Below, piece by piece: positions 17,640 through 25,175 of a DNA stretch of 36,712 nucleotides (the stretch's first letter is position 1; every line of letters begins with the position of its first letter). Below the pieces are notes generated by a model. It searched no databases. It saw only the letters and a list, made by a program, of their open reading frames with translations, and had not been told where the DNA came from. Origin of the DNA: a virus (Duplodnaviria > Caudoviricetes); the IMG/VR virus record IMGVR_UViG_3300020045_001971, positions 1 to 36,712 of that record; one strand, 5' to 3'. A program made the position numbers and the translations under genes.

Positions 17640-17752
17640 GGGTTGCCTCTCAACAAATTTTTGATGTGTCTTGCGGTATCACAAAGCATGGCGAGGACGA
17701 TGGTGTTGACGGCCAGCAGGGCGATGATCGCCAAAAGCAGATAGTCAGTCAT
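17636..17752 (-). CDS. 38-aa single-TM micro-protein
   Basis: MTDYLLLAIIALLAVNTIVLAMLCDTARHIKNLLRGNP; fills the gap and overlaps both neighbours. Confidence 0.65.
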   Translation of the reverse strand: MTDYLLLAIIALLAVNTIVLAMLCDTARHIKNLLRGNP

Positions 17753-18074
17753 GGGTGTTCATCAGTGCGGTGCTGGCCTTGTCAAACGTGGCTTGAGGCA
17801 GTGGCACCCCGTACACGGTGCAAAGCTCCTCAACATGGCGCTGCATTGCCTCCAGCGCCTCCCGCAGCATCTTGCGGTCAGACTCCAGCGCGGTGATGCG
17901 CTGCTCTTGCTCCTGCCAAGCCCAAAGGCCATGCAGCGACACCATGCCGCGCTCGTCCAGCGCCTCGGGCTGATAAAACGCCTTGCACCATGCGGCGTAT
18001 TCATCGTTTGTCTTGCGTATGAAGTCAGTCGTGTATTTGCGCGGTTCAGGCATCGGCGGCGGTGTGGTGGTCAT
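17745..18074 (-). CDS. Hypothetical protein
   Basis: 109 aa from MTTTPPP; ATGA coupling. Confidence 0.7.
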   Translation of the reverse strand: MTTTPPPMPEPRKYTTDFIRKTNDEYAAWCKAFYQPEALDERGMVSLHGLWAWQEQEQRITALESDRKMLREALEAMQRHVEELCTVYGVPLPQATFDKASTALMNTHD

Positions 18075-18265
18075 TGCTTTTTCTTCATGGCAGGATTGAT
18101 GCCGCCAATACCAGTTGGTTTGGTCCACGGCCCATCAGAGGCAAGCGTGTTTTCGCCTGTTCGCTTGAGCAGACGCCATGCGCCGCATTGGTAGCACCAT
18201 TCGACATAGCCTCCACAGATCAACCAGCTTGTGCGCTCATGGCGATGGCGAGGTGTGGTGGTCAT
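18071..18265 (-). CDS. Small hypothetical protein (HxH, CxxC)
   Basis: 64 aa, AAGGAG RBS, WCYQCG. Confidence 0.65.
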   Translation of the reverse strand: MTTTPRHRHERTSWLICGGYVEWCYQCGAWRLLKRTGENTLASDGPWTKPTGIGGINPAMKKKQ

Positions 18266-18549
18266 TGCAACTCCTTGCGGATGGATTCAATGGTCGCCTC
18301 GCGTTTGCCCTTCACCCAATCAACGTCAACAGGCTCAAGTGATCGAGATGTTTCCAGCGCCTCCAAAGCCTGCCGCAACAGCGCATCTTTGCGCTCAATG
18401 TCGGCGTGCTGGGTGCGAAGTAGGGCGGCTATTTCTTTGTAGCTTTCTTGCTTTAAACGCCACGGTTCTTTTTCAGCAATGCTTGCCAGAAAAAAAGCAT
18501 TGGAGTTGAGTTCGTTGGCCCGCAGCGCCTCGGGTTGTTTCTCGTTCAT
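18262..18549 (-). CDS. Hypothetical protein
   Basis: 95 aa; QPEALR and LLRQALEALE motifs; GGAG RBS. Confidence 0.7.
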   Translation of the reverse strand: MNEKQPEALRANELNSNAFFLASIAEKEPWRLKQESYKEIAALLRTQHADIERKDALLRQALEALETSRSLEPVDVDWVKGKREATIESIRKELQ

Positions 18550-18812
18550 GCTGCGCTCCCGGTGGCCTTAGCGATGGCGTCTCGGGCTTCTTCAACGCGT
18601 GTCATGCTCAAGCCACGATCAACAATTTCCTGAAGCAACCTGAGCAACTCAGGCGCGGCAGCGATCAATTGAGCGTCTTTTTGTCGGAATGCCTTTGCAA
18701 TCAGCCCACGCTTTGGCGCATGAATTGGGTACTCTGCTTTTGCAAAGTGGCTGGCATAGATGGTGTAGCGTTCAGCTTTCCAATTTCCAGGTGTGTGTTT
18801 TGCTTGCGTCAT
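18546..18812 (-). CDS. Conserved phage protein (HTPGxW / LIAAAPELL family)
   Basis: KHTPGNW..DAQLIAAAPELL..AIAKATG. Confidence 0.8.
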   Translation of the reverse strand: MTQAKHTPGNWKAERYTIYASHFAKAEYPIHAPKRGLIAKAFRQKDAQLIAAAPELLRLLQEIVDRGLSMTRVEEARDAIAKATGSAA

Positions 18813-18886
18813 GCTGACCTCGGAAAAATAGGGCAGTGCGCCACAAAGTGACCCTCTCTACCGCAGTAGGTGCAAATTGGCTTCAT
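18809..18886 (-). CDS. 25-aa CCHC zinc-knuckle micro-protein
   Basis: MKPICTYCGREGHFVAHCPIFPRSA fits CX2CX4HX4C; AGGAG RBS; ATGA overlap with next gene. Confidence 0.75.
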   Translation of the reverse strand: MKPICTYCGREGHFVAHCPIFPRSA

Positions 18887-18911
18887 TCCAATCTCCTGTT
18901 GTTGAGCCTTT

Positions 18912-18957
18912 ATTCTGTACCTGTTCTTGGGTGTGGTGTATTGGGGGAAACCCTTAG
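18912..18957 (-). promoter_or_regulatory. Promoter with conserved upstream box (copy 1)
   Basis: CTAAGGGTTTCCCCCAATAC; CAGAAT begins 40 nt after the box start. Confidence 0.6.
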
Positions 18958-19292
18958 ACACTCTACTTTTCTTTCCAGGCATAGGATGACCCCGAGTGCT
19001 CCCGACTGGCCTTTAGGGTCCCGTCTTGTGAGCATCTCTTAGCCATCTTCTTCTACTTGAAACTACCTTAAAAGAAAAAAGGTCGTTTCCAAAAAAGACT
19101 GCTACTCGCTGAACGCCGTATTCTGTCTATCAGGCACCCATTTCGTGGGCCAGTCGCTGCGTCGGTCTGCATCTGCCTGTTTTTGTGGTCGCTACGGAAC
19201 GCCACGCCGTCGGGGTCATCACTGAAACGGCATCGGTACATGAGTGCGGCCCCGACATTGGCCCATTAGCTAACCCGCTCTGAGGGGTAACA

Positions 19293-19422
19293 AGATTGGT
19301 TAGTAGGTGTGGCCGGTGCTGGTCTCCGGCTTGGTGTCTCTCGTTCTGTTTCAGCGGGCCTAGTGGCACCCAGCGCCGCAATGTGCGCATCAGCCTGCGC
19401 ATTCACACCTACTAACCAATCT
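19293..19422. repeat. Perfect 19-bp inverted repeat enclosing smaller hairpins
   Basis: AGATTGGTTAGTAGGTGTG (19293-19311) and CACACCTACTAACCAATCT (19404-19422). Confidence 0.9.
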
Positions 19423-19433
19423 CATAGCTGCAA

Positions 19434-19597
19434 TAAAAAAACCCTGCTCAGGAGGCTTTGGGCTTTGGTATTGCCGCCTTTAAGTGTGCGCTCGGGGAAA
19501 CGAAACCCAACACACTTATCGACTCTTTCCAAAACCTGCCTGAGCAGGGTCTTCTTCATCGTTTCGCAGCCACAACCGGGTTACCAAGCCGATTGAT
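19434..19597 (-). ncRNA. Structured leader / antisense RNA (c4- or P4 CI-like architecture)
   Basis: 12-bp closing stem 19441-19452 with 19539-19550, then a U-tract; inner 8-bp stem; 5' hairpin; two internal complementary site pairs; G-U pairs favour the minus strand. Confidence 0.65.
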
Positions 19598-19603
19598 GTG
19601 CAT

Positions 19604-19632
19604 ATTCTAGGCGAAAAAAAAGCCCCGGTCAA
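19604..19632 (-). promoter_or_regulatory. Sigma70 promoter
   Basis: TTGACC (19632-19627), 17 nt, TAGAAT (19609-19604). Confidence 0.8.
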
Positions 19633-19639
19633 GGGGCTT
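19613..19639 (-). terminator. Rho-independent terminator with the -35 hexamer in its loop
   Basis: AGCCCC-TTGACC-GGGGCT followed by a T-run, just after the stop at 19645. Confidence 0.8.
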
Positions 19640-19644
19640 GTGTG

Positions 19645-20007
19645 CTAGTGGCTGCGCCTGATCTGCGCCAGCTTTTCGCGTATGTGTGCTGGCATCGGTG
19701 CGCCCTGGTGAGCCTCGATCTGAAGCAATACGGGGTCTTTGTCCGTCGCCTTGACCTCCTTGACTGGCTCAAACTCGGCGCCATCCCATCGCATCTGGTT
19801 GAGGTAGGTTGCGGGCATGGGGATGTATTCCCCATTGTTTTTCTTCCAGTCTGGTGTGGTCGCCATGTACTTGACGTGGGCAATGATGGTTTCAGCCTGC
19901 GTCCAGCAGAGCATTTTTACCCACTTCTGACGGCAAACAGCCTTGCCAGTCTTGCGGATGCTTTTAGGCCAAGCTGTCCAGAAGTCTTCGAAGCCGTGTT
20001 CTTTCAT
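19645..20007 (-). CDS. Stand-alone replication-initiator C-terminal-like domain
   Basis: FEDFWTAWPK..K..YIPMPATYLNQMRW, normally the C-terminus of phage initiators; only 120 aa, no wHTH. Confidence 0.7.
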   Translation of the reverse strand: MKEHGFEDFWTAWPKSIRKTGKAVCRQKWVKMLCWTQAETIIAHVKYMATTPDWKKNNGEYIPMPATYLNQMRWDGAEFEPVKEVKATDKDPVLLQIEAHQGAPMPAHIREKLAQIRRSH

Positions 20008-20069
20008 TTGGCGTCCTTCGGTTGCGGGGCTGCTTTAGAAAAAAATTCAAGCGCGAACATGTTGGTCAT
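20004..20069 (-). CDS. 21-aa coupling peptide or gene remnant
   Basis: MTNMFALEFFSKAAPQPKDAK; ATGA overlaps on both sides. Confidence 0.45.
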   Translation of the reverse strand: MTNMFALEFFSKAAPQPKDAK

Positions 20070-20878
20070 TTCAAAAATTCCCTTACGTCGTAAGCCGCCT
20101 TGCGGTAATTGCTCCAGACTTGCGGCGACTGATACGTCCATGTCTTTCCGGGGTTGATGGCCTCAAAGATGGTCTGCGCCAATCCTTCAAACACCGCCTC
20201 AACGTCAGGCTGTCTTGGTCGGGGGTGATCTTTGACATGCTCAAAGAACTGGTCGAAGCGCGTCAGCACGTTTTCACGTACTTCACCAAGGCTTTTGGCC
20301 CGGTGGAACAGCACGGCTGCACTCATGGTGTGGCGCAGGGCTTCGATTTCTTCCAGGGTGAGGGTGACGCCAGCGTCTTTTGTTGACGGACCGAATACCG
20401 GAAACAGCCTCACGCCGTCCACCTTGCTGTATGGGAACATTGCGTCGTAAGGGTAGCTTTCCGGCAACGTGTCCTCGTTGACCCAGCCAAGGATGGTGTG
20501 GTGTGGGTGCAGGTACACAGCGTCACCCAGCTTTGCCGCATCGCCTCTCAGCACCGCGTTTTCTAATTCCAACTCCTTCGTGTACTTACCCTTGGCGCGG
20601 ATGATGTCGGTCAGCTTGTCGTTGGTGCGACCTGGATGCCAACCAGCGTCTTTTATTGCGTAGTGAATGTCATACATGGCTGCGGTTGCTCTGTCCGCCC
20701 TCTTACGCTCGAACTCGTAGTCCACAGCGGCAATGGTGGCGGCCTCTCTCAGTCGCAGATTTTCAGCCTCCAGCGCGTCGATGGCGGTGAGGGCTTCGTC
20801 ACGGCTTGTCCGCCCTCCCCACTCGCCTTCATGCACGGCTTCAATAAATTCTCGGATGGTGTTGATTTGCTCTTTCAT
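20066..20878 (-). CDS. Modular hypothetical protein
   Basis: 270 aa; N-terminus resembles that of 16755-17639. Confidence 0.75.
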   Translation of the reverse strand: MKEQINTIREFIEAVHEGEWGGRTSRDEALTAIDALEAENLRLREAATIAAVDYEFERKRADRATAAMYDIHYAIKDAGWHPGRTNDKLTDIIRAKGKYTKELELENAVLRGDAAKLGDAVYLHPHHTILGWVNEDTLPESYPYDAMFPYSKVDGVRLFPVFGPSTKDAGVTLTLEEIEALRHTMSAAVLFHRAKSLGEVRENVLTRFDQFFEHVKDHPRPRQPDVEAVFEGLAQTIFEAINPGKTWTYQSPQVWSNYRKAAYDVREFLK

Positions 20879-21264
20879 GCTGTCACCTTGTGGAAAACGC
20901 CCTTGTCATCCAGCCAGCCTTTGCGCGGCTTGATTTCCTCGTATGCCAAGCCCAGGCACTCGACAAAATCAACATCAGCAGTTGCAGATCCTACGATGGT
21001 TGTAACCGTCACATCACCGATAGCATCCTTGTAAGCCTTCACGGCGTAGTGCATCATGACTCGGACGGCATCATGGTCGGCTAGTTCGCTGTCATTGGCT
21101 ATCAGCTCTTTCAACACCTTGATGCGTGTTGCGGCCTCCAATAGCTCCCCGGCTTCCTCAAGCGTTTTGTGGGCCTGAGCCATAGGGCTACTGTTCTGGA
21201 TGATCTGACGCTCTCGCGCCCACATCTCAGTCTCGTTTTGAAGCATGGAAAAAGTGTAGTGCAT
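20875..21264 (-). CDS. MazG-like nucleoside triphosphate pyrophosphohydrolase
   Basis: WARER..KTLEEAGEL..DAIGD..ECLGLAYEEIKPRKG..GVFHK. Confidence 0.85.
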   Translation of the reverse strand: MHYTFSMLQNETEMWARERQIIQNSSPMAQAHKTLEEAGELLEAATRIKVLKELIANDSELADHDAVRVMMHYAVKAYKDAIGDVTVTTIVGSATADVDFVECLGLAYEEIKPRKGWLDDKGVFHKVTA

Positions 21265-21320
21265 GGTGTCCTCTGGTGGTTAAAACGCTGCCACTATGCC
21301 ACCAACACTCTAAGACTGCA

Positions 21321-21366
21321 CTAAGGGTTTTCACCTATACCAACACCCTATTTTGTCCGTTACAGT
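21321..21366 (+). promoter_or_regulatory. Promoter with conserved upstream box (copy 2)
   Basis: CTAAGGGTTTTCACCTATAC; TACAGT at 21361. Confidence 0.6.
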
Positions 21367-21397
21367 GAACCCATCAACAACGCAAACGGAGCTACAC

Positions 21398-21646
21398 ATG
21401 AGCCACGACAACCTGAGCAGCCGCGAAGCAGATGCCCGCGATGCCTACTATGAAGCCCTGGCAGCAGACCGCGAAGAAGGCAAGCAAGCCGATTTGACCA
21501 ACATTCGCAACGCAATCCGCAAGTTTCACACGATGCACACTTTAAAAGCTGCCGACGGCATGGAATTGCTTTGCACGATCATGGCAAACAGCGCATTCAG
21601 CGAAGACAGCAAAGACGAATTGGCTTGCATTGAACTCAAGGACTAA
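21398..21646 (+). CDS. Hypothetical protein
   Basis: 82 aa from ATG 21398, GGAG RBS. Confidence 0.7.
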   Translation: MSHDNLSSREADARDAYYEALAADREEGKQADLTNIRNAIRKFHTMHTLKAADGMELLCTIMANSAFSEDSKDELACIELKD

Positions 21647-21648
21647 TC

Positions 21649-21840
21649 ATGGAAACGACACGCAAATACCCCCGCACGCTCAATCAAGCATTCCCGCGTA
21701 CCGCAGAGTACGGCAATGCAATTGAGTGCGTATATGCCGAACCCACATCGCACAAAGTGGCTCGGTTTGTGTTTGTCGCAATTCTGGCCGCTGGGTGTGT
21801 GGCTGGATTGCTGGAATACTTTGGAGTGCTGACGCAATGA
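21649..21840 (+). CDS. Small membrane protein (TRxxPRTLxxAF family)
   Basis: 63 aa, C-terminal TM, AAGGA RBS. Confidence 0.7.
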   Translation: METTRKYPRTLNQAFPRTAEYGNAIECVYAEPTSHKVARFVFVAILAAGCVAGLLEYFGVLTQ

Positions 21841-21950
21841 CCAATTGGCAATACTTCAAATGGTCTTACGCATGGGAGCGTAAGCACAATGGCCGCATTC
21901 AGTCACTCATGATTGCAGTGCGTGAGACTTTTAAACAACTTCCGTTTTGA
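21837..21950 (+). CDS. 37-aa hypothetical protein
   Basis: MTNWQYFKWSY..QLPF; GGAG RBS, ATGA overlap. Confidence 0.55.
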   Translation: MTNWQYFKWSYAWERKHNGRIQSLMIAVRETFKQLPF

Positions 21951-21952
21951 AC

Positions 21953-22579
21953 ATGAAAAACATTGCAGCCGCATTTGTTAAAGCGCAAAAGAGTTTTGCC
22001 CCTGCGCTCAAGACCAACACCAATCCGCATTTCAAAAGCCGTTACGTCGGCCTGGATGGGTGTATCGAAGCCGTCATTGACGCTTTGAACACTCAAGGCA
22101 TTGCACTTCTTCAGCCAACCCATGAGTGCGAGTCTGGCGTAATGGTGGAGACTCTATTTGTTCACGAGTCAGGCGAAACCCTGAGCGGTGGCAAGCTGCA
22201 TGTTCCGGCGTCCAAGAACGACCCGCAGGGCTACGGTTCCGCGCTGACCTACGCCCGACGCTACAGCCTAATGGCAGCTTGTGGCATTGCCCCAGAGGAT
22301 GACGATGGAAACGCAGCCAGCCGTGGCAAGCAAGCCCCCAAGATGCAGCATCGGCCCGTTGATGGCGCACAAGTGCCAGAAGATGAAAAGCCGTTCTTGC
22401 AAGACTTGGCAAACGACCTCATCAACGTCATCAAAGAGCAGCGTAAACTGACCGATGGCATGGCAATGCTGCACGCGGCCAACCTAGAAACAGAACAGCG
22501 TGTTTATTTGTGGTCGCTGCTTCCAAGTGACGTTAGAAAGGCAATTAAAGATGCTCCAAAAAATACAGCAGAGGCTTAA
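21953..22579 (+). CDS. erf: ERF-family ssDNA annealing protein
   Basis: NPHFKSRY..HESGE..QGYGSALTYARRYSL..GIAPEDDDGN. Confidence 0.93.
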   Translation: MKNIAAAFVKAQKSFAPALKTNTNPHFKSRYVGLDGCIEAVIDALNTQGIALLQPTHECESGVMVETLFVHESGETLSGGKLHVPASKNDPQGYGSALTYARRYSLMAACGIAPEDDDGNAASRGKQAPKMQHRPVDGAQVPEDEKPFLQDLANDLINVIKEQRKLTDGMAMLHAANLETEQRVYLWSLLPSDVRKAIKDAPKNTAEA

Positions 22580-23054
22580 ATCTCTTTTGTCTTATTGCCC
22601 AGAAACAGGCAATTTTTACTGGGCAGATAAGCCATCGAAGTTTAACCATATAAAGGTTGGTGAAGTAGCTGGGACAATAAGCAAGCATCACGGATACGTT
22701 GTGATTGCTTGTGACAAAAAACTGTATAGAGCACATCGTTTGGCATGGTATTTTTACCATGGAGAATGGCTAAATAAACCATTGGAAATAGATCACATAA
22801 ATGGCATTAGGTCGGACAACAGAATTGGAAATTTAAGAGTTGCTAATAGACAGCAAAACATGCAAAACGAACGCAAAGCTAGAGTAAACAACAAATCTGG
22901 CTTTCTAGGTGTGCATGAGATAAACGGCGTTTATAGAGCAAGAATTTGCGTAGATGGAAAAGAAGTATTCTTAGGTCAATTTAAAACGCCAGAAGAAGCA
23001 TCAAGCAAATATTTAGAAGCAAAACGTAAATATCACAATTTTTCCACAATTTAA
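22551..23054 (+). CDS. HNH-AP2 homing endonuclease
   Basis: YCPETG, AHRLAW, IDHINGIRSDNRIGNLR, KSGFLGV..YRARI..LGQF; AT-rich. Confidence 0.9.
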   Translation: MLQKIQQRLKSLLSYCPETGNFYWADKPSKFNHIKVGEVAGTISKHHGYVVIACDKKLYRAHRLAWYFYHGEWLNKPLEIDHINGIRSDNRIGNLRVANRQQNMQNERKARVNNKSGFLGVHEINGVYRARICVDGKEVFLGQFKTPEEASSKYLEAKRKYHNFSTI

Positions 23055-23067
23055 CTGAAAGGCAATC

Positions 23068-23391
23068 ATGGCATATCAACCAAAAGACGGCAGCGGTGCG
23101 CTGTTCAAGAACGACAAGGGCGACAACGCCAATCGCCCGGACTATCGTGGTGACATTTGCATCAACGGTGAACTGTACGAACTGGCGGCATGGATCAAGC
23201 CTCTGCCGAGCGATTCCAGTAAACGCTACATGAGCCTGAGCGCCAAGCCAAAGCAGGCACAGCAGCAGGCTCCGCAACGTCCGAAAGTGTCCATTCGCAG
23301 CCAAACGCCTAGCAGTGGGTTCGAGAGCATGGACGATGACGTTCCCTTCATTGATCCAATGAAGCGCCGTGCGTTTGCACTTGCCATTTGA
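23068..23391 (+). CDS. Single-stranded DNA-binding protein (DUF736-like)
   Basis: GALFKN..RPDYRG..AAW..YMSL and acidic DDDVPF; near ERF. Confidence 0.7.
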   Translation: MAYQPKDGSGALFKNDKGDNANRPDYRGDICINGELYELAAWIKPLPSDSSKRYMSLSAKPKQAQQQAPQRPKVSIRSQTPSSGFESMDDDVPFIDPMKRRAFALAI

Positions 23392-23399
23392 GGTAAACC

Positions 23400-23603
23400 A
23401 TGGACTACTCCACCCCCGGCCCTAAGTTCATCCCTCGCGGCACTTATGACGGTGCAGAGCTTCGCCGCAATCCTGGCCTGCCAGATGAGCGATTTGAAGC
23501 CTTTGCACTTCCCAGCCTTCGCAACGGTGAGCGAGTGCCATACCACGGCATCCGGCCTCAACTGACCAGCGAACTCAAAGACAAAACCAACAACGGACGG
23601 TAA
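23400..23603 (+). CDS. Hypothetical protein
   Basis: 67 aa; TYDGAELR..AFALPS; GAGG RBS. Confidence 0.7.
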   Translation: MDYSTPGPKFIPRGTYDGAELRRNPGLPDERFEAFALPSLRNGERVPYHGIRPQLTSELKDKTNNGR

Positions 23604-23605
23604 AC

Positions 23606-23962
23606 ATGACGACACAACTTCGCGGCGCATGGCCTGGACAACCCGATCAGGTCAAAAAAGAACGCAAGAAGCCAGCCCCAGACAAACCGGCAAACCTCGC
23701 CGTAGTCAAGCGTACTCGAACGCCCTACATGCAGCCTCGCGTGGATCGCTTCAAATCCAAGTACGACGATTTGTTCGAAGGCGCACAAGAGGGCGACTGC
23801 TGGGAAACAACTTTCGAGGATTGCGCAAAGATTTCCAAAGCCCTTGACACTTGGTGTAAGCGAAAAGGAATGGATGCGCTTGTTCGTCAGAACGCACGCT
23901 GCCCCGATGGTGTGGCGCGTGTCTGGCTCTACAAAGTCAACAAAATTAAACGGGTGGCATGA
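23606..23962 (+). CDS. Hypothetical protein
   Basis: 118 aa, basic; tight operon packing. Confidence 0.65.
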   Translation: MTTQLRGAWPGQPDQVKKERKKPAPDKPANLAVVKRTRTPYMQPRVDRFKSKYDDLFEGAQEGDCWETTFEDCAKISKALDTWCKRKGMDALVRQNARCPDGVARVWLYKVNKIKRVA

Positions 23963-24270
23963 TGAAACTGGCCCGCAACTCTGACCCTATCACCAGTCAC
24001 CTCGCTGCTGCGCGTGTCCATGAGTTTGCGGGCACGCACTACGAGAAAATCATTGCCTATCTGACCAATGAGCGATCAGCACGAGGCGCCGAACAGATCG
24101 GGGATGCTCTCGGAATCGAGCCATACGCCATCAGAAAGCGCCTGAGCGAGATGGAGCGATGGCTAGAGGTAGAGGCTGTCGGACTGCGTAAAACGCGCTC
24201 TGGACGCATGGAACGCACTTGGAAGTTGACGCATGACGACTTCCCTATTCCTGGCAATGGTGGCTGGTGA
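23959..24270 (+). CDS. Putative winged-HTH DNA-binding protein
   Basis: ARNSDPITSHLAA start; AEQIGDALG..IRKRLSEM helix-turn-helix; SGR..W wing. Confidence 0.7.
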   Translation: MMKLARNSDPITSHLAAARVHEFAGTHYEKIIAYLTNERSARGAEQIGDALGIEPYAIRKRLSEMERWLEVEAVGLRKTRSGRMERTWKLTHDDFPIPGNGGW

Positions 24271-24404
24271 TGAGGACTGACGAAGAAGCAGAAGCCGCCC
24301 GTATCCTTGGCATGGTGCGTGAGGGGTACGCAGTGCCTCAAAGCGTGGTCAAGTGGGCGTTGTTTATCACTGGAGATTTGCCATGGCATTGTGTGGACTG
24401 GTAA
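24270..24404 (+). CDS. 44-aa hypothetical protein (ALxxTGDL motif)
   Basis: MRTDEEAEAARILGMVREG..WALFITGDL; TGATG coupling. Confidence 0.6.
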   Translation: MRTDEEAEAARILGMVREGYAVPQSVVKWALFITGDLPWHCVDW

Positions 24405-24445
24405 GGGTTTCCACCAATACCAATCAGCCAAACCACAGAGACAAT
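24401..24445 (+). promoter_or_regulatory. Promoter with conserved upstream box (copy 3)
   Basis: GTAAGGGTTTCCACCAATAC; GACAAT at 24440. Confidence 0.55.
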
Positions 24446-24451
24446 CAAGCC

Positions 24452-24664
24452 ATGACTAATGCAGAACATCGAGAGAAAAACTTAGCCGCTCATTTGATTG
24501 AGCAGGCTTATTTCAGCGTAAACACCTGGGTAGATCGTGGTTACATTGTCGAAGAAGACCGGGACGCCGCTATCTTGGCCTCGCTGTTGAAGGCTGTGCA
24601 GATTGAGGCAGAACAACACGGTCTGACGATTGATAGGCTATTGCGTGAGATTGGGCAAAACTGA
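24452..24664 (+). CDS. Hypothetical protein (possibly leaderless mRNA)
   Basis: 70 aa from ATG 24452, 6 nt after the putative -10. Confidence 0.6.
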   Translation: MTNAEHREKNLAAHLIEQAYFSVNTWVDRGYIVEEDRDAAILASLLKAVQIEAEQHGLTIDRLLREIGQN

Positions 24665-24665
24665 T

Positions 24666-25175
24666 ATGAAGCAGGTCGACCCCAACAAGGCAGTTGAATT
24701 TCGTGATCAACTTATGTCCCGTTTTTATATTGAGGATGGAAAACTTTTGCGAAAAGTAATTGACGGGAAAGGGTTAAAAGTTGGTACAGAAGCTGGAACT
24801 GTCAACAAAGCAGGATACAGGCAAGTAAAAATAGATCGAAAGCTGTATTACACGCATCGATTGATATTTCTTATGCACTACGGCTTCATGCCAGTAACTG
24901 TTGATCACATCGATGGCAATAAGCAAAACAACAAGCCAGAAAATTTGCGTGCGGCAAGTTATAGACAAAACAATTGCAATACAAAAGTAAGAAAAAATAA
25001 TACTTCTGGCGTCAAAGGTGTTTATTGGTCGTCTACTTTTAATTCTTGGCATGTTCGTGTTTTCAAAAACGGCAAAGCAGTAGTTTCCAAGTATTTCAAA
25101 TCATTCAATGAAGCAAAAGACTTTAGAAATACTGAGGCGGCCAAAGAGTACGGAGAGTTTTCATGCGAACAATAG
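24666..25175 (+). CDS. HNH-AP2 homing endonuclease
   Basis: THRLIF, VDHIDGNKQNNKPENLR, NNTSGVKGVYW; AT-rich. Confidence 0.9.
   Translation: MKQVDPNKAVEFRDQLMSRFYIEDGKLLRKVIDGKGLKVGTEAGTVNKAGYRQVKIDRKLYYTHRLIFLMHYGFMPVTVDHIDGNKQNNKPENLRAASYRQNNCNTKVRKNNTSGVKGVYWSSTFNSWHVRVFKNGKAVVSKYFKSFNEAKDFRNTEAAKEYGEFSCEQ

Noticed and set aside
19130-19596. ORFs 19130-19402 (-) and 19309-19596 (+)
   Set aside because: No convincing RBS, atypical composition, and they run through extensive inverted repeats; non-coding reading preferred but not proven
21264-21398. Lambda-like CI/Cro immunity switch at the divergence point
   Set aside because: Neither flanking gene is an HTH repressor and no multiple operators are visible beyond one box
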